A stretch of 64,000 bases of DNA. Origin: Octopus vulgaris. Taxonomy: Eukaryota. The stretch lies in the NCBI GenBank assembly GCA_951406725.2, contig OX597830.1, positions 30,628,001 through 30,692,000 on the forward strand, in the 5' to 3' direction. This document shows positions 1 through 13,610 of the stretch, piece after piece; position 1 is the stretch's first letter; the number at the start of each line of letters is the position of its first letter. The notes beneath the pieces are model-generated. The model ran no database searches, was not told the DNA's origin, and saw only the letters and a list, made by a program, of their open reading frames with translations. The position numbers and the translations under genes are program-made.

Positions 1-283
1 TCGATAAATTAACACCAGTTACGCACTGAGGTCGATGTAATCGACTTAATCCGTTTGTCTGTCCTTGTTTGTCCCCTCTGTGTTTAGCCCCTTGTGGGTA
101 GTAAAGAAATAGGTATTTCGTCTGCGGTTACGTTCTGAGTTCAAATTCCACCGAGGTCGACTTTGCCTTTCATCCTTTCGGGGTTGATAAATTAAACACC
201 AGTTATGCACTGAGGTCGATGTAATCGACTTAATCCGTTTGTCCCTTGTATGTTTAGCCCCTTGTGGGCAATAAAGAAATAAG
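1..283 (+). mobile_element. SINE family B, tandem-dimer form (starts before window)
   Basis: Core GAGTTCAAATTCC..GGTCGACTTTGCCTTTCATCCTTTCGGGG plus tail ..GCCCCTTGTGGG..AAAGAAATA present twice; many other copies in window. Confidence 0.85.
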
Positions 284-329
284 AAACTCGTATAAAACAT
301 TAAAGCATTATCATAAATTATAATAACCG

Positions 330-885
330 TGAATGCGCATGACTAAATGGTTAGGGTATTCGACTCACGATCATAAGGTCGTGACTTCAATGCCTGGTGG
401 CGCGTTCTGTCCTTGAGCAAGACACTTTATTTCACGTAGCTCCAGTCCACTCAGCTGGCAAAAATGAGTAGTACCTGTATTTCAGAGTACCAGCCTCTTC
501 ACATTCTGTGTCATGGTGTATCTCACTGAGAACTACATTAACGGTATCTGTGTCTGTGGCGAGCTGGCAGAAACGTCAGCACGCCGGGCGAAATGCGTAG
601 CCGTATTTCGTCTGCGTTACGTTGTGAGTTCAAATTCCGCCGAGGTCGACTTTGCCTTTCATCCTTTCGGGGTCGATAAATTAAGTACCAGTTACGCACT
701 GGGGTCGATCTAATCGACTTAATACCTATGTCTGTCCTTGTTTGTCCCCTCTGTGTTTAGCCCCTTGTGGGTAATAAAAAAATAGGTGTCTGTGGCGTGC
801 TCAGCCAATTGCACGTTAATTTTATGAGCTATTCCGTTAATCAGACCAACTGGAACACTCGTCGTCGTGACCGATGCAGAGCCAG
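330..885 (+). mobile_element. tRNA-derived SINE family C, interrupted by a family B copy
   Basis: Degenerate tRNA-like head, TCCTTGAGCAAGACACTTTATTTCACG block shared with 18415 and 33185 copies; body resumes at about 798 after the insert. Confidence 0.75.
558..785 (+). mobile_element. SINE family B monomer nested in SINE C
   Basis: Full head GGCGAGCTGGCAGAAACG.., B box GAGTTCAAATTCC; flanked by direct repeat GTGTCTGTGGCG (550-561, 786-797). Confidence 0.85.
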
Positions 886-1014
886 TTTTGATCATTTCTT
901 TTTTCTAACTTAAAGACAAATCCTATATATTTTAAGGGAGGATACAGGTGGGTATTGGTTAATTATATTCGGCCGCAACCCGTCAATATTCGAGAGGTTT
1001 GTTATTCAAACAGA

Positions 1015-1212
1015 TAATCCTTTCGACTAAAGGCACAAGGCCTGAAATTTGGGGGAGGGGACTGGTCGATTGCTACGACCCCAGTCTTTCACTGGTACTT
1101 AATTTATCGATTCCGATAGGATGTCCTCGATGGAATTCGACCTCGGCGGAATTTGAACTCAGAACGTAGCGACGGCTGAAATACTGCTAAGTATTTCGTT
1201 CAGCTTGCCGCC
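1015..1212 (-). mobile_element. SINE family B (alternative tail ..CCCCCCAAATTTCAGGCCTTGTGCC)
   Basis: Reverse complement of B core with second tail type. Confidence 0.75.
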
Positions 1213-1529
1213 TTGTTATTGAAACAGACAATGATATCTCAGCAATAGGCAAACTCAGAACTTAAGTAGACTTATTAATAAATACTTCATAGTACTGACC
1301 AAAAATCTGTTGATTCTCATCAGCTGTTGTCTTAGTAGAAATAAATGTTGTTTCCAATAAAGACATAAAACCTGGAATATAGTGGACGGAGTTAGCCAAT
1401 TACATCTCCAGCTCGTCATTATTTCACAGTCCTCCGAGACAACGGAAAACAAAATGAACACTAACCAGATTTCTGTACAATTTACAAGGAATATATTACA
1501 TTTGTGTATAAGAAACGCTACCATACCGG

Positions 1530-1700
1530 TCTTAGTGGCATTTCGTCCGCCTTTCTGAATTCAAATACCAGCGAGGTCGACTTTGCCTTTCATCCTTTCG
1601 AGATCGATAAAATAAGTACCAGTTGAACTCTGGGGTCAATATAATTAACTTACCCACTCCCCCTCCGAACTTGCTGGCCTTGTGCCGAAATTTTAAACCA
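1530..1700 (+). mobile_element. SINE family B (alternative tail), degenerate
   Basis: GGTCGACTTTGCCTTTCATCCTTTCG core then GGCCTTGTGCC tail. Confidence 0.7.
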
Positions 1701-3096
1701 ATTTTAAACCAATTTGAAACCGCTTGTGTTGTTTGTTTGTTTTATTCTTCAGCTTACTGCAAGGATTTGAACTCAATATTCAATGCTTCTACTACACGTA
1801 GCAGTGAGCTATATCTTTCCTTACGACTTCGTTACTGCTTGGTAGATTTAACAATACAGCTAACTGTGGCACACCACAATACTAACAATACAATACTATT
1901 GATTCATCAAGAAACTTCGAACTCACAGTCAAAGCGATGTTCGTTGTTCAATCAACTCAGCTACTGCGACTATCTTCTTCTAATGACTACTGTAACTCAT
2001 TTGTTAATTATTTAATAACGTCATAAATTGATAAATTATTACTTTTACAAAACACTGTCACATAGAATTTATTACTGTAGTAGACACTTTTGTTAGCAAG
2101 TCATTATTGTTTTACAAAACAACACCATAAAAAATTATTACTTTTGCTCAAAACTCATAAATTTTACAGCTTTGACAAATGATTACTAGCTACTTACAAT
2201 AGAAATTAATATGATAATTAGACTTCTATCATAACATGGTGAGAGAAGCTGAAATAATTTTCTGCTGGCTACTCTATGTAAATAAGACTGACAGAGCAGT
2301 TCACTGTTTGATCAATGGCTGATAATTCATAATGGTTGCTTTTTGCTTTTTCGCCATACACGATCTTCAAAAATTAAACGGTTCTTCAAATGTTGTCTTC
2401 TATTACCCAGCTTCCAATATGGGGTCTACCAAAGTTGCTTGCCTAAATATTTTGGTTTCTTATAATAGCTTCTTTAATAGAATTTTAAAGCACTTTCCTT
2501 TTGTGAGATTTTCTGTTATTTCTTTGTTATATTTCTCATTTCCTGCATCAGCATGAACCTGGCTGAGAGAATTGCAATTTCCCTCAACCTTTACGAGCCT
2601 TTCCAATCCTGATATCAAACCTACCTATCTGCAAATCTACACTGAGTGTAGCTGTACTTTTTTCTTGCAATACATTCATGTTGGTGCTCGTTGTTTTTGT
2701 CTGTCCAAGTATCAGACATTGTACCACTGCCAGGTCATTCAACATAACTCATTTCATATTTCAATCCATTTAATTCTGCCATTATCTAAGGATCCATCAC
2801 CTTCGTCTTCATTTTCGAAACATTTGATTTTGACCTCTCAAGTTTTGTCAGTTTTCCTCTTTTGTAAATCAATATTTTCTCTTTAGTATCTCATAAGTAT
2901 TTACTCGGCGTGTTTTTCAACTTCTACGCTAATTTTCAAATCGAATTTTAATGAATCTCATGGAAACATATTCTCTTACACTTCATTTATCTAATTCTTC
3001 TAATTATGTTTTTCATAATACCAGCTTAATCGATTTTTTTTCAGAGAGTTTCTCATTACATGTTTTTAAGTAAAGAACCCCATACAATTTCTTTAT

Positions 3097-3139
<43 letters not shown>

Positions 3140-3153
3140 ATACAGCACGGAAC

Positions 3154-3204
3154 TTTGTCAGTGAACAGGTCGCGGTCTCAAAGCGACGAAAATATTTTGA
3201 CAAA
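3154..3204 (+). ncRNA. Hammerhead-like motif with non-canonical core in a TA-bounded island
   Basis: TTTGTCA/TGACAAA helix I, GTCGC/GCGAC helix II, GAAA-ATAT-TT; core reads GTGAACAG instead of CTGANGAN. Confidence 0.4.
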
Positions 3205-3344
3205 TTATATTTAAATGTTGAAGTGAATCTAACAGATTTTGTGTGTTTCGTGTATATAAATATATAATATATAATAATGGTCCCTTTACATACTGAACAC
3301 TTGATGAAATTGATTAATAACTAATTAACTTTACCCTCCCTTGT

Positions 3345-3946
3345 TGATATATATATATATATATATATGTATATGTGTACATGTATGTATATATATGTGT
3401 GTGTGTATGTGTGTATGTATGTATTTGTATATGTGTGTGTGTATATGTATGTGTGCGCGTGTGTGTGTATGTATGTGTATGTATACTTGTATATGTATAT
3501 GCATGAATGTATATATATGTGTGTGTATATCTGTATTATGTATGTATTTATATAGATATGTAATTTTTATATATATATATGTATGTATATGCATCTGTCT
3601 GTGTGTGTGTATGTGTATATATGTGTATCATTATTGCGTATGTATACATGTATATGTGTATATGTATGTGCGTGTGTGTGTGTGTGTGTATGTATATATA
3701 TATATATATAGGTATATATATATGTATATATATATATATGCATACGTATGTGTATGTACATGTATATATGTGTGTGTGTATATGTATATATGTCTATATA
3801 TGTGAGTATGTAGTGATATAAGTATATGTATGTGTATATGTGTGTGTGTGTATATATATATATATATGTATGGGTATGTGTATCAGTGTATATGTATATA
3901 TGTATGCGTGTGTGTATGTATATGTATGTATATGTGTATATATGTA

Positions 3947-3979
<33 letters not shown>

Positions 3980-4044
3980 GTGTATATGTGTGTGTATGTA
4001 TGTGTATGTGTATGTATGTGTATATGTATATGTATATGTATATG

Positions 4045-4075
<31 letters not shown>

Positions 4076-4354
4076 GAGTGCGTGTGTGTATGTATGCATA
4101 TATGTATGTATGCATGTATATGTGTATGTATATATATGTGTGTAAGTGTGTGCATATATGTATATGTAAGTATGTGTGCGCGTATGAGTATGTATGTATG
4201 CTTGCACACGTGTATATATATGTGTGTGTGTATATATATGGATGCGCGTGCGTGTGTGCACGTGTATGGGTACGCATGTATATGTGTATGTGCGTGTATG
4301 TGTATACGTGTATGTATGTATGTGTGTGCGTAGATTTGTATATGTATGTGTGAG

Positions 4355-4390
<36 letters not shown>

Positions 4391-4558
4391 GATGGGTGTG
4401 TGTATGCGTATAAATGCATGTAAGTATGGATGTATGGATGTATGTATGTATGTATGTATGTATGTATGTGTGTATGTGTGTATGTATATATATGTGTGTA
4501 TATATGTTTGTGTATGTATATATATGTGTATGTATGTGTGTGTATATGTATGTATGTA

Positions 4559-4607
<49 letters not shown>

Positions 4608-5000
4608 TATGTATCTGTATGTAGGAGTATATATGTGTGTGTGTGTATGTATATGTGTGTATATATATATATATGTATATTTATTGGTGTATATGTATAG
4701 ACTAGCCTCCTAAAGTGTAGACACGAATCTGTAGGTACGAGTACGTATGTGTATATACGTGAACGTATGTAGATGTTTGTACGTATGAATATAACGCGTG
4801 CGTACGTGTATGTGTATGAGTGTATGAATGGGTGAATGTACGTGCTAATGAGTGTGCGTGCGGGAATGAGTACTTGCCTTCTAGTAGACAGACAAATGGA
4901 CATGCAGCCATAGCCAGGATTCTCAGCCCTAGCGATCAAAGATAACAAAAGTAATAAATGAAGATAATAAAATTAAAATTAGGGAATGGGCCTGTATTGG

Positions 5001-5035
<35 letters not shown>

Positions 5036-5146
5036 ATGTATGTATGTGTGTATGTGTAGGTATGTATAGGTACACATGTGTATGTGTATGTGTATGTATA
5101 TGTGTGTATGTATGTATGTGCACACATGTATATATATGTATGCGTG

Positions 5147-5177
<31 letters not shown>

Positions 5178-5495
5178 GTACATAGGTGTATGTGGGTGTA
5201 TGTATATATAGGTGTAAATATGTGTATATAGGGAACTAGGTGTGTTGTGTGTGCATGAGTGTATGTGCGTATGAATATATATTTTTCTGTGTATATATGT
5301 ATGTGTGGTCGTGGGTATATATATATATATATACATGTGTGTATGCGTGCATGCATGGGAGTGAGTGTATGCATATATACGTGTGTGTATGTGTAGACAG
5401 GTATAGGCATGTGCATGTGTATAAATTTGTATATGTGGGCGGGTGTATGTATGTGTGTATGTAGATATGTATGTATGTGTGTATATATGTATATG

Positions 5496-5544
<49 letters not shown>

Positions 5545-5600
5545 ATGTGTGTATATATGTGTATATATGTGTGTGTAGATACGTATACATGTGTGTATAG
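3345..5600. repeat. Compound (TA)n/(TG)n/(TATG)n microsatellite block
   Basis: Direct reading. Confidence 0.95.
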
Positions 5601-5881
5601 GTATAAGTGAGAATCTCCTTATTTACCTATAACTCTATCCCCCCTTTTTTTATATATATATTTTTATATATATATATATTTTTTATATATATTTTTATAT
5701 TTTTTATTTTTTTTTTTTTTTATTTTTTTATTTATCTATTCTTTCATCTAACTTACCACTGACTCCTTGACCACTCCCCCAAGTATGATATTTTGCGCTA
5801 TGCCTACCCCCAAAAAGTCCCCCACCACCACTCCTTTAAACCTGCCTAAATGTATAAATGCTAATACAATTCTTGTTAAAT

Positions 5882-5932
5882 AGCTTCCTGAAGATTTCTC
5901 TTGAATGAAACAGTACTAGTCCTGTAGAAGCT
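5882..5932 (+). ncRNA. Type I hammerhead ribozyme motif (Penelope/retrozyme-like)
   Basis: AGCTTC-CTGAAGA-T-TTC(TCTT)GAA-T-GAAA-CAG(TACTAGTC)CTG-TA-GAAGCT; weak helix II; downstream sequence recurs at 56462-56530 (-). Confidence 0.65.
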
Positions 5933-6015
5933 CCTTCTATATAATAAATTAATTTTACTCTGCTATGTATTGAGTACCTTACTTACTGTGGTTAACCCCG
6001 AATCAACCCGGGACC

Positions 6016-6480
<465 letters not shown>

Positions 6481-6567
6481 GACATTTACAGGTGTAATGT
6501 ATCTCATTACTTTTGTGTACTTTCGTTGATCCATAAGAATTATTTGTTTGATTTAAAACTTATTACA

Positions 6568-6965
6568 TAGGCGCAGGAGTGGCTGTGTGGTAAGTAGCTT
6601 GCTTACCAATCACATGGTTCTGGGTTCAGTCCCACTGCGTGGCACCTTGGGCAAGTATCTTCTACTATAGCCTCGGGCCGACCGAAGCCTTCTGAGTGGA
6701 TTAGGTAGATGGAAACTGAAAAAGCCCGTCGTATATATATGTGGGTGTATATGTTTGTGTGTTTGTGTTTGTCCCCCCAGCACCGCTTGACAACCGATGC
6801 TGGTGTGTTTACGTCACGGTAACTTAATGGTTCGCCAAAAGATAGCTATAGAATAAGTACTAGGCTTACAAAGAATAGGTCCTGGAGTCGATTTGCTCAA
6901 CTCAAGGCGGTGCTCCAGCATGGCCGCAGTCAAATGACTGAAACAAGTAAAAAAGTAAAGAGTAG
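6568..6965 (+). mobile_element. tRNA-derived SINE family A, full length
   Basis: A box TGGCTGTGTGG, B box GGTTCAGTCCC, internal (TA/TG)n, tail CCAGCATGGCCGCAGTCAAATGACTGAAACAAGTAAAA; more than 10 copies in window. Confidence 0.9.
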
Positions 6966-7436
6966 AGTATAACCAGATGAAGTCTTTATACTTTAGGCCT
7001 TTAAGGTATAAATTAATTAGGACCCTAAATTTGTGCATTAGTTTTTACTGATTATAGTTAATTATTTCATAACAATGGCTATATTCAAACATGAGCTAGG
7101 TGAGATTTTTGCAACAGTCTATATCTATTTCGACAGCAGTTTTTCCGTTTTTTGACTTCTTTTATAATGAGTTTTGAATTGGTCTTCAATGCAATTACAT
7201 CTTCCTATTTTGTTGCGCTGAAATTAAAATGTACTCATTGTTTTGTTAGAAACTCGTATAAAAACTACTTCATATTAGCACAGAAATTATTGAATTTTAA
7301 TATTTACTGTCAGGCGGATAATAATCCTTTTTGTTTCTGTCCGTAGATTCACTAAAGTAGATTATTCGTTTCAGGCATTTGACTGCAGCGATGATGGACC
7401 ACCACCTTGAAGATTTTGTCGAACAGATTGACGCTA

Positions 7437-7602
7437 TAGGCGTAGGAGTGATGTGTGGTAAGTAGCTTGCTTACCAACTACATGGTTCCGGGTTCAGTCC
7501 CACTGCGCGGCACCTTGGGCAAGTGTCTTCTACTATGGCCTCGGGGCGACCAAATCCTTGTGAGTGGATTTGGTAGACAGAAACTAAAAGAAACCCGTCG
7601 TA

Positions 7603-7673
<71 letters not shown>

Positions 7674-7898
7674 GCGTGTGTATATGTTTGTGTGTTTGAC
7701 CCCACAACATCGCTTGACAACAGATGCTGGTGTATTTATGTCCCCGTATCTTAGCGATTCGGCAAAAGACACCGATAGAATAAGTACTAGGTTTACAAAG
7801 AATAAGTCCTGGGGTCGATTTGCTCGACTAAATGCGGTGCTCCAGCATGGCCACAGTCAAATGACTGTAAACAAGTAAAAGAGTAAAAGTGTAAAAGA
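7437..7898 (+). mobile_element. SINE family A, full length
   Basis: Matches 6568 copy. Confidence 0.9.
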
Positions 7899-7929
7899 GC
7901 TAGTACGTATTTTTGAAATACACACACAC

Positions 7930-7986
<57 letters not shown>

Positions 7987-8143
7987 CACACATACAAACA
8001 CGCACATACACATGTTTATATGTAATTTTGGGCACTAATGGGTATACGTCAATTAGTATGTTCTATGAAGCACATTCACAGCTTGGGCTACCTGGTGTTA
8101 CCCACGATTGGTATATATTTCCTCTGGATCTATGTCGGTTGAG

Positions 8144-8251
8144 ATAATAATTCATGAAGGAAATGGAAGATAGATCTAGCATTAGTCTTTATTCAGTACT
8201 GAAGAAAGACTAGTGCAAGATCTATATTCCGTTTCCTTCATCAATTATTAT
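8144..8251. repeat. 108-bp loopless imperfect palindrome
   Basis: 54-bp arms centred on TTCAGT|ACTGAA, 48/54 positions match by hand alignment. Confidence 0.9.
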
Positions 8252-8252
8252 T

Positions 8253-8320
<68 letters not shown>

Positions 8321-8594
8321 TGTTTGTGTGTGAATGTATATTATACATGATGATTGCCACTCCTTTACCGAAGAAGGCCATCTCTTCAATTAATAAATAC
8401 TGTCGTGAGATTTTATATGACTAGCAAGTCCTGCTCTTGACAAGCAACATCCACTGCAGATTCTACAAATATTTCAAAGCGGAAAAGTGACTGGGATTGT
8501 AGTTAAGTCCTGTCTACGAAGCAGTCGTTTCAAGATAGATTGTTCAATTCTTGGAGCTTCAGATGCTTTACATCTATTGTAGATCATTTCTTTC

Positions 8595-8699
8595 CAAGGC
8601 TATAGTAGAAGACGCTTTCCCAAAGTGCCACGCAGTGGGACTAAACCCGTAGCCATGTGGCTGGTAAGCAAATTATTTACCACACTACCCCTCCCACGC

Positions 8700-8700
<1 letters not shown>
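8595..8700 (-). mobile_element. SINE family A 5' fragment
   Basis: Reverse complement of A head. Confidence 0.75.
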
Positions 8701-8781
<81 letters not shown>

Positions 8782-9139
8782 ATATATTATATTTATATCA
8801 TATATATATATATTATATATACATATATTTATATATTTATATACATATATTATATATATATTATATTTATATCATATATATATTATATATACGTATAGAT
8901 AGATAGATAGATACATACATACATACATACATACATACATACATACATACATACATACATACATACATACATACATACATAGATACATACATACGTAGGT
9001 AGGTAGGTAGGTAGATAGATAGATATTACATACGTAACATGGTATAATTATGAATATGGCAAATTTTAGCCATTTCTCCGCGGACTGAAAAAAATAATGA
9101 AAAATTTTAATCGGTTAAGGTCCCATCTAAAAATGACAC

Positions 9140-9885
9140 TGATGGAGATTGACTAAAGCCTGCAACAATCCTTAGTGAGGGAGAGAGCAGACAAAGAAGC
9201 CTGAGTGATAAAAACAAAATCCTTAGTGAGGGAGAGAGCAGACAAAGAAGCCTGAGTGATAAAAACAAAATCAAGTTAAACCCAAAGGCCTTCTTTCATT
9301 ATGTCAATGAAACAGTCTCAGTACACTGCAAAATAGGACCCCTCTTCTAAAGAGATGGCTCCCTCACAGATAGCCCAACTGAGATCAGTGAGGTACTGAA
9401 CGACCAGTTCAAAAGTGTCTTTATCATCCAGCTGGAACACAGACAAGTGAATGAACCAGTGAATTTCTTTGCTGCCTCACATATAACCAGCAAGGCAGTT
9501 ACGATGGATTACATCGACATTTGCGATTACATCAACTAGCCACAGATGAGATGGACGCAAACTCAACTGCTGGCCCTAATGGTTTCCCAGCAATCCTCCT
9601 TAAATCTTGTAAGCGTGCCCTGTCGAAGAGCTTTCTTGCAAATAGCAGACTGCCAAGTAAACTGAAGAAGGGAATAATGTGTACATCGATAAAGGAGGAA
9701 GCAGAGTAGATGCCAAAAATTATAGGCCCATCTCTCTGACTTCACACATGGAACCGATAGTCAGAGGGAAACTAATCGCATTCCTTGAAGAAAACGACTT
9801 GCTGAGTGATACCAAGCATGGGTTTCGACCCAGTAGGAGCTGCCTAAACCGGTTCTTACAGCGCTATGACTGGATGTTGAGGCAT
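9140..9885 (+). mobile_element. CR1/L2/Jockey-group LINE ORF2 (RT N-terminal) pseudogene fragment
   Basis: [59 protein letters not shown]; stops and frameshifts; 51-bp internal tandem duplication at 9167-9268. Confidence 0.9.
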
Positions 9886-9891
9886 TATATA

Positions 9892-9938
<47 letters not shown>

Positions 9939-10176
9939 TATATACATACATTATATACATATATATTTTATATATACTCATTATATATATTCATTATATA
10001 CATATATATTATATATATATACATTATATACATATATATTATATATGTATATATATAATAGTGTATATATATATACATACAATATGTATATTATATATAT
10101 ATATATATACATTATATACATTATTTACATACATATATATATAGATAGATATATATACATATATATATATATATAC

Positions 10177-10245
<69 letters not shown>

Positions 10246-10330
10246 TATATGCATATATATATACATATATATATGCATATATATATATACATATATATAT
10301 GCACATATATATATATACATATATATATGC

Positions 10331-10409
<79 letters not shown>

Positions 10410-10416
10410 TATATGC

Positions 10417-10453
<37 letters not shown>

Positions 10454-10475
10454 TATATGTGTATATATATATATG

Positions 10476-10530
<55 letters not shown>
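9886..10530. repeat. (TA)n-rich microsatellite
   Basis: Direct reading. Confidence 0.95.
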
Positions 10531-10533
<3 letters not shown>

Positions 10534-11672
10534 CGGATAAGGATTTTTCTGAAGAATATTCCTTTTGAAATTTCTCTTCGTAAAGGCAAAGCCATGTTTC
10601 ACTTTCCTCTTTGAAGTGATATAATTTCCTCATTTTCGTATACGTCTTTCTTCTATAGTTTACAGATATTTTCCTAAAGGTGTCCCTTATACTTCCTTAG
10701 AGAATTCAATAAACATCTCTGCATCCATTGCCATATATTTCTCTTCATTAATGATCACTATTAATCTTAGTAGCTCTGTTTCCATTCTGAACATTTCTTT
10801 CGTTATTCTCTCTTGAAGTTGTTTTTGTTGCTCGGGTTAAATTTTTTGTTTTTGTTTTTGTTTCTTTGTTTGATTGTAATCTTCTTGAAAAATTATTCGT
10901 GTTGAATTCGTCCATCTTTTATATGCGACAGCTTTATTGCTGCTCTTAACTTTATTCGAAAAATAAAAAAAAATAAATAAAAGAAATGCTTGCGTGTGTG
11001 AAAGTTCTTGTGTCAAACGTGACCAATATGGCTTTTAATCAAAGTTTTTCAGCGTGGAAACACTTTTGTTTCTCATAATTTTTTCTGTTTTTTTTTTTTA
11101 TTCCTATAGTTTCTAGTATTTGGCATATTTGGTACAAATCCTGACTAACCTGCATGGAATTTATATTTCTTTCATTTTCATTAACTTCTCAGTCAAAACT
11201 TTGTGGGTTATTAGCTATTTTTTCACCTACACTGAGAATTTCGAAGTCATTTCTTTTAATCCTATTGATATATCTTCGTTTGTTGCGTTTTCCGTTTTAT
11301 CCGTTTTTGGAAGCATTTGATTTCTCTCGTGTCATAATTAATATGTGAAAAGAAATATTGTATTGCAATTAGTAAATTTAATTCGAAATACATATCAGTT
11401 TCACTTCTTATGGAAGATTATCATTGAAAGGTACACGCTCAATTGATACCTATTAGCTTTCATTTAAGTTATACTGAAGTTAATCGACCAGGTTCACAAG
11501 TACACACGTGTCTGTGTGTATGGTGGGCTTTTATAAAACATAAAGACTAAAGAATTATTTAGCTTACACGCGTTTCGAATAACTAGACATATCCCATGCT
11601 CTCCATTTTACAATATGAAACGGGTAGCATGGCATTTAAATCTTCTTTGTCTATCACATTTCAATCGATCAG

Positions 11673-11942
11673 TTTACATTATTTACATTCGATGGATATT
11701 TGTCCTCGTCTTGTTTGTTTTTAACACAACGTTTCGGCTGATATACCCTCCAGCCTTCTTCAGGTGTCTTGGAGAAATTTCGAACCTGGGTTCTCATTCC
11801 TAAGGTATTTTTCGATGTTATTATTATTATTGCTATTATTATTGTTATTGTTGTTGTTGTTGTTGTTCAGGTCACTGCTTGGAATCGAACTCGGAATATT
11901 GGGGTTCGTAGCCTGCGCTCTTAACCACTACGCCATATGCCC
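11673..11942 (-). mobile_element. tRNA-headed SINE carrying a minimal hammerhead (family H)
   Basis: Minus strand: A box TGGCGTAGTGG (11925-11935), B box GAGTTCGATTCC (11881-11892), (AAC/AAT)n linker, hammerhead; two more copies at 41281-41718. Confidence 0.8.
11723..11768 (-). ncRNA. Minimal type I hammerhead motif
   Basis: GACAC-CTGAAGA-A-GGCTG(GAGGGTATAT)CAGCC-GAAAC-GTT-GTGTT; loopless palindromic helix III (AACGTT). Confidence 0.75.
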
Positions 11943-12718
11943 GAGGGCGTGTCTTACTTCGTGTATATAGCTTCTAATAACTGTTTTATTATTATATAGC
12001 TTCTAATAACAACCATTCAAGAGAGTAGTATTTAGTCATTCACAGACTTCATGCTGTTGGTATTCAACTGACAAATTCCTGGTTCACAGCATTTGCTTTT
12101 CTAACCTACACTTAACATTGTAAGTACTTTCATGGTCATTGCTCTGATGAATTACTGATTTAGGAATCTCTGTCAAGAAATTTATGTGTATCACTTGCTT
12201 CACTTCCCACGAAGCTCTAGCAAGAAGCTGCATCTTAATCCTTCAATCCTTTTATTCCTGCAGCTTATTTCCTCAAACTGCTGTTCTCTGGAACTCACTA
12301 GCATAGTCATGATTTTCTGTGATCTGTTACCTTCAGTCTTTCGAGTGTGTAAGTCCCTGCTTCTCTTTCTTTCTTGTTCCTTACGCCACAATAGCCATGA
12401 GCCTCGTTTGGGACAAAATCTATTTTTAAAAATAAGCATAAAAGAAGGCAGGGTGTAGTTTGAGGTAGATGCGGCTGACATATCGATGCAGGTTAAGCAA
12501 TCATATTTTGTGGCTTCTTTCTTGGCCCGAAACGGTACACAACGTAAACATTTTTTGAATGGCTACATTGCTGACATGAGTTTCCTCTGAAACACCTCTG
12601 CTAAGGATAGGATCTGGCTTGCTAGGAGAATCGTGAGACCACTGCTGAGACGTTTCCTCAAAATAAAAAAAAAGAAAAGCCGTTAGAAAACCGATTATAG
12701 CTGCGACTCCATCTAAGA

Positions 12719-12755
12719 ATATCTGAAGAAGGAATACTATTCCGAAATATCGTAT
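12719..12755 (+). ncRNA. Possible minimal hammerhead motif
   Basis: ATAT-CTGAAGA-A-GGAAT(ACT)ATTCC-GAAAT-ATC-GTAT; helix I only 4 bp. Confidence 0.4.
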
Positions 12756-13273
12756 CAGACTATGGATGACTAATTTACAACTGGTATAGAGCCCATTGTC
12801 ATTATTATAGTGCATTGTTGTACCATTCAAAACTTTTTATTCTTTGATTCATTTGATTTTTCGCGACCTTGTTGTTGATGCTTTCAATACAAATTGGCCA
12901 GAGAATTACCTTATCCTCCCTCAATGGGATATAAATCTTTCGACTCTACCATTCTCGGTTTTCTGCTAAATATCACCAACTGTTAGAGTAAAACTGGCGG
13001 CTTTCCAAGAGCTTAACTTCCACTCTGCTGCACTGGTTTTATATATGCGTAGTATTTCACGGAAGTACACATACGTAGCACACTCTCATATATGTGTTTG
13101 CTGGTGCATGCGCACACTAAAGATACATACATGTGGGAGTTGGGGGTGACGTGCGTGTGCTTTGTGTTAATGATCTTGTGTGGGAATACAGACGTGGTGG
13201 TGGTTTCCGTGTCAAAGTATTATAGAGCTGTGTGTACTAATATACATACATTACACACATATATACATACGTA

Positions 13274-13275
<2 letters not shown>

Positions 13276-13371
<96 letters not shown>

Positions 13372-13372
13372 C

Positions 13373-13419
<47 letters not shown>

Positions 13420-13438
13420 CATATATATACATATATAC

Positions 13439-13529
<91 letters not shown>

Positions 13530-13530
13530 C

Positions 13531-13588
<58 letters not shown>

Positions 13589-13610
13589 ATATATATATAT
13601 ATATATATAT
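13276..13610. repeat. (TA)n microsatellite
   Basis: Direct reading. Confidence 0.95.

Noticed and set aside
2230-3080. Possible decayed transposase on minus strand
   Set aside because: Many stops and no motif I can identify reliably.
3331-5600. Long ORFs (up to 384 aa) rich in Y/I/H/T/C/V/M
   Set aside because: Translations of TA/TG microsatellite; same for similar ORFs across the window.
9679-10614. 311-aa ORF
   Set aside because: Only the first 68 or so residues are LINE RT; the rest is (TA)n read-through.
11540-11600. TCGAAACGCGTGTAAGC (minus), Penelope-like hammerhead 3' half
   Set aside because: No CTGANGA core or helix II partner upstream.
12000-13000. Unique-looking 1-kb stretch with short ORFs
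   Set aside because: No recognisable domain or splice pattern; probably old TE.
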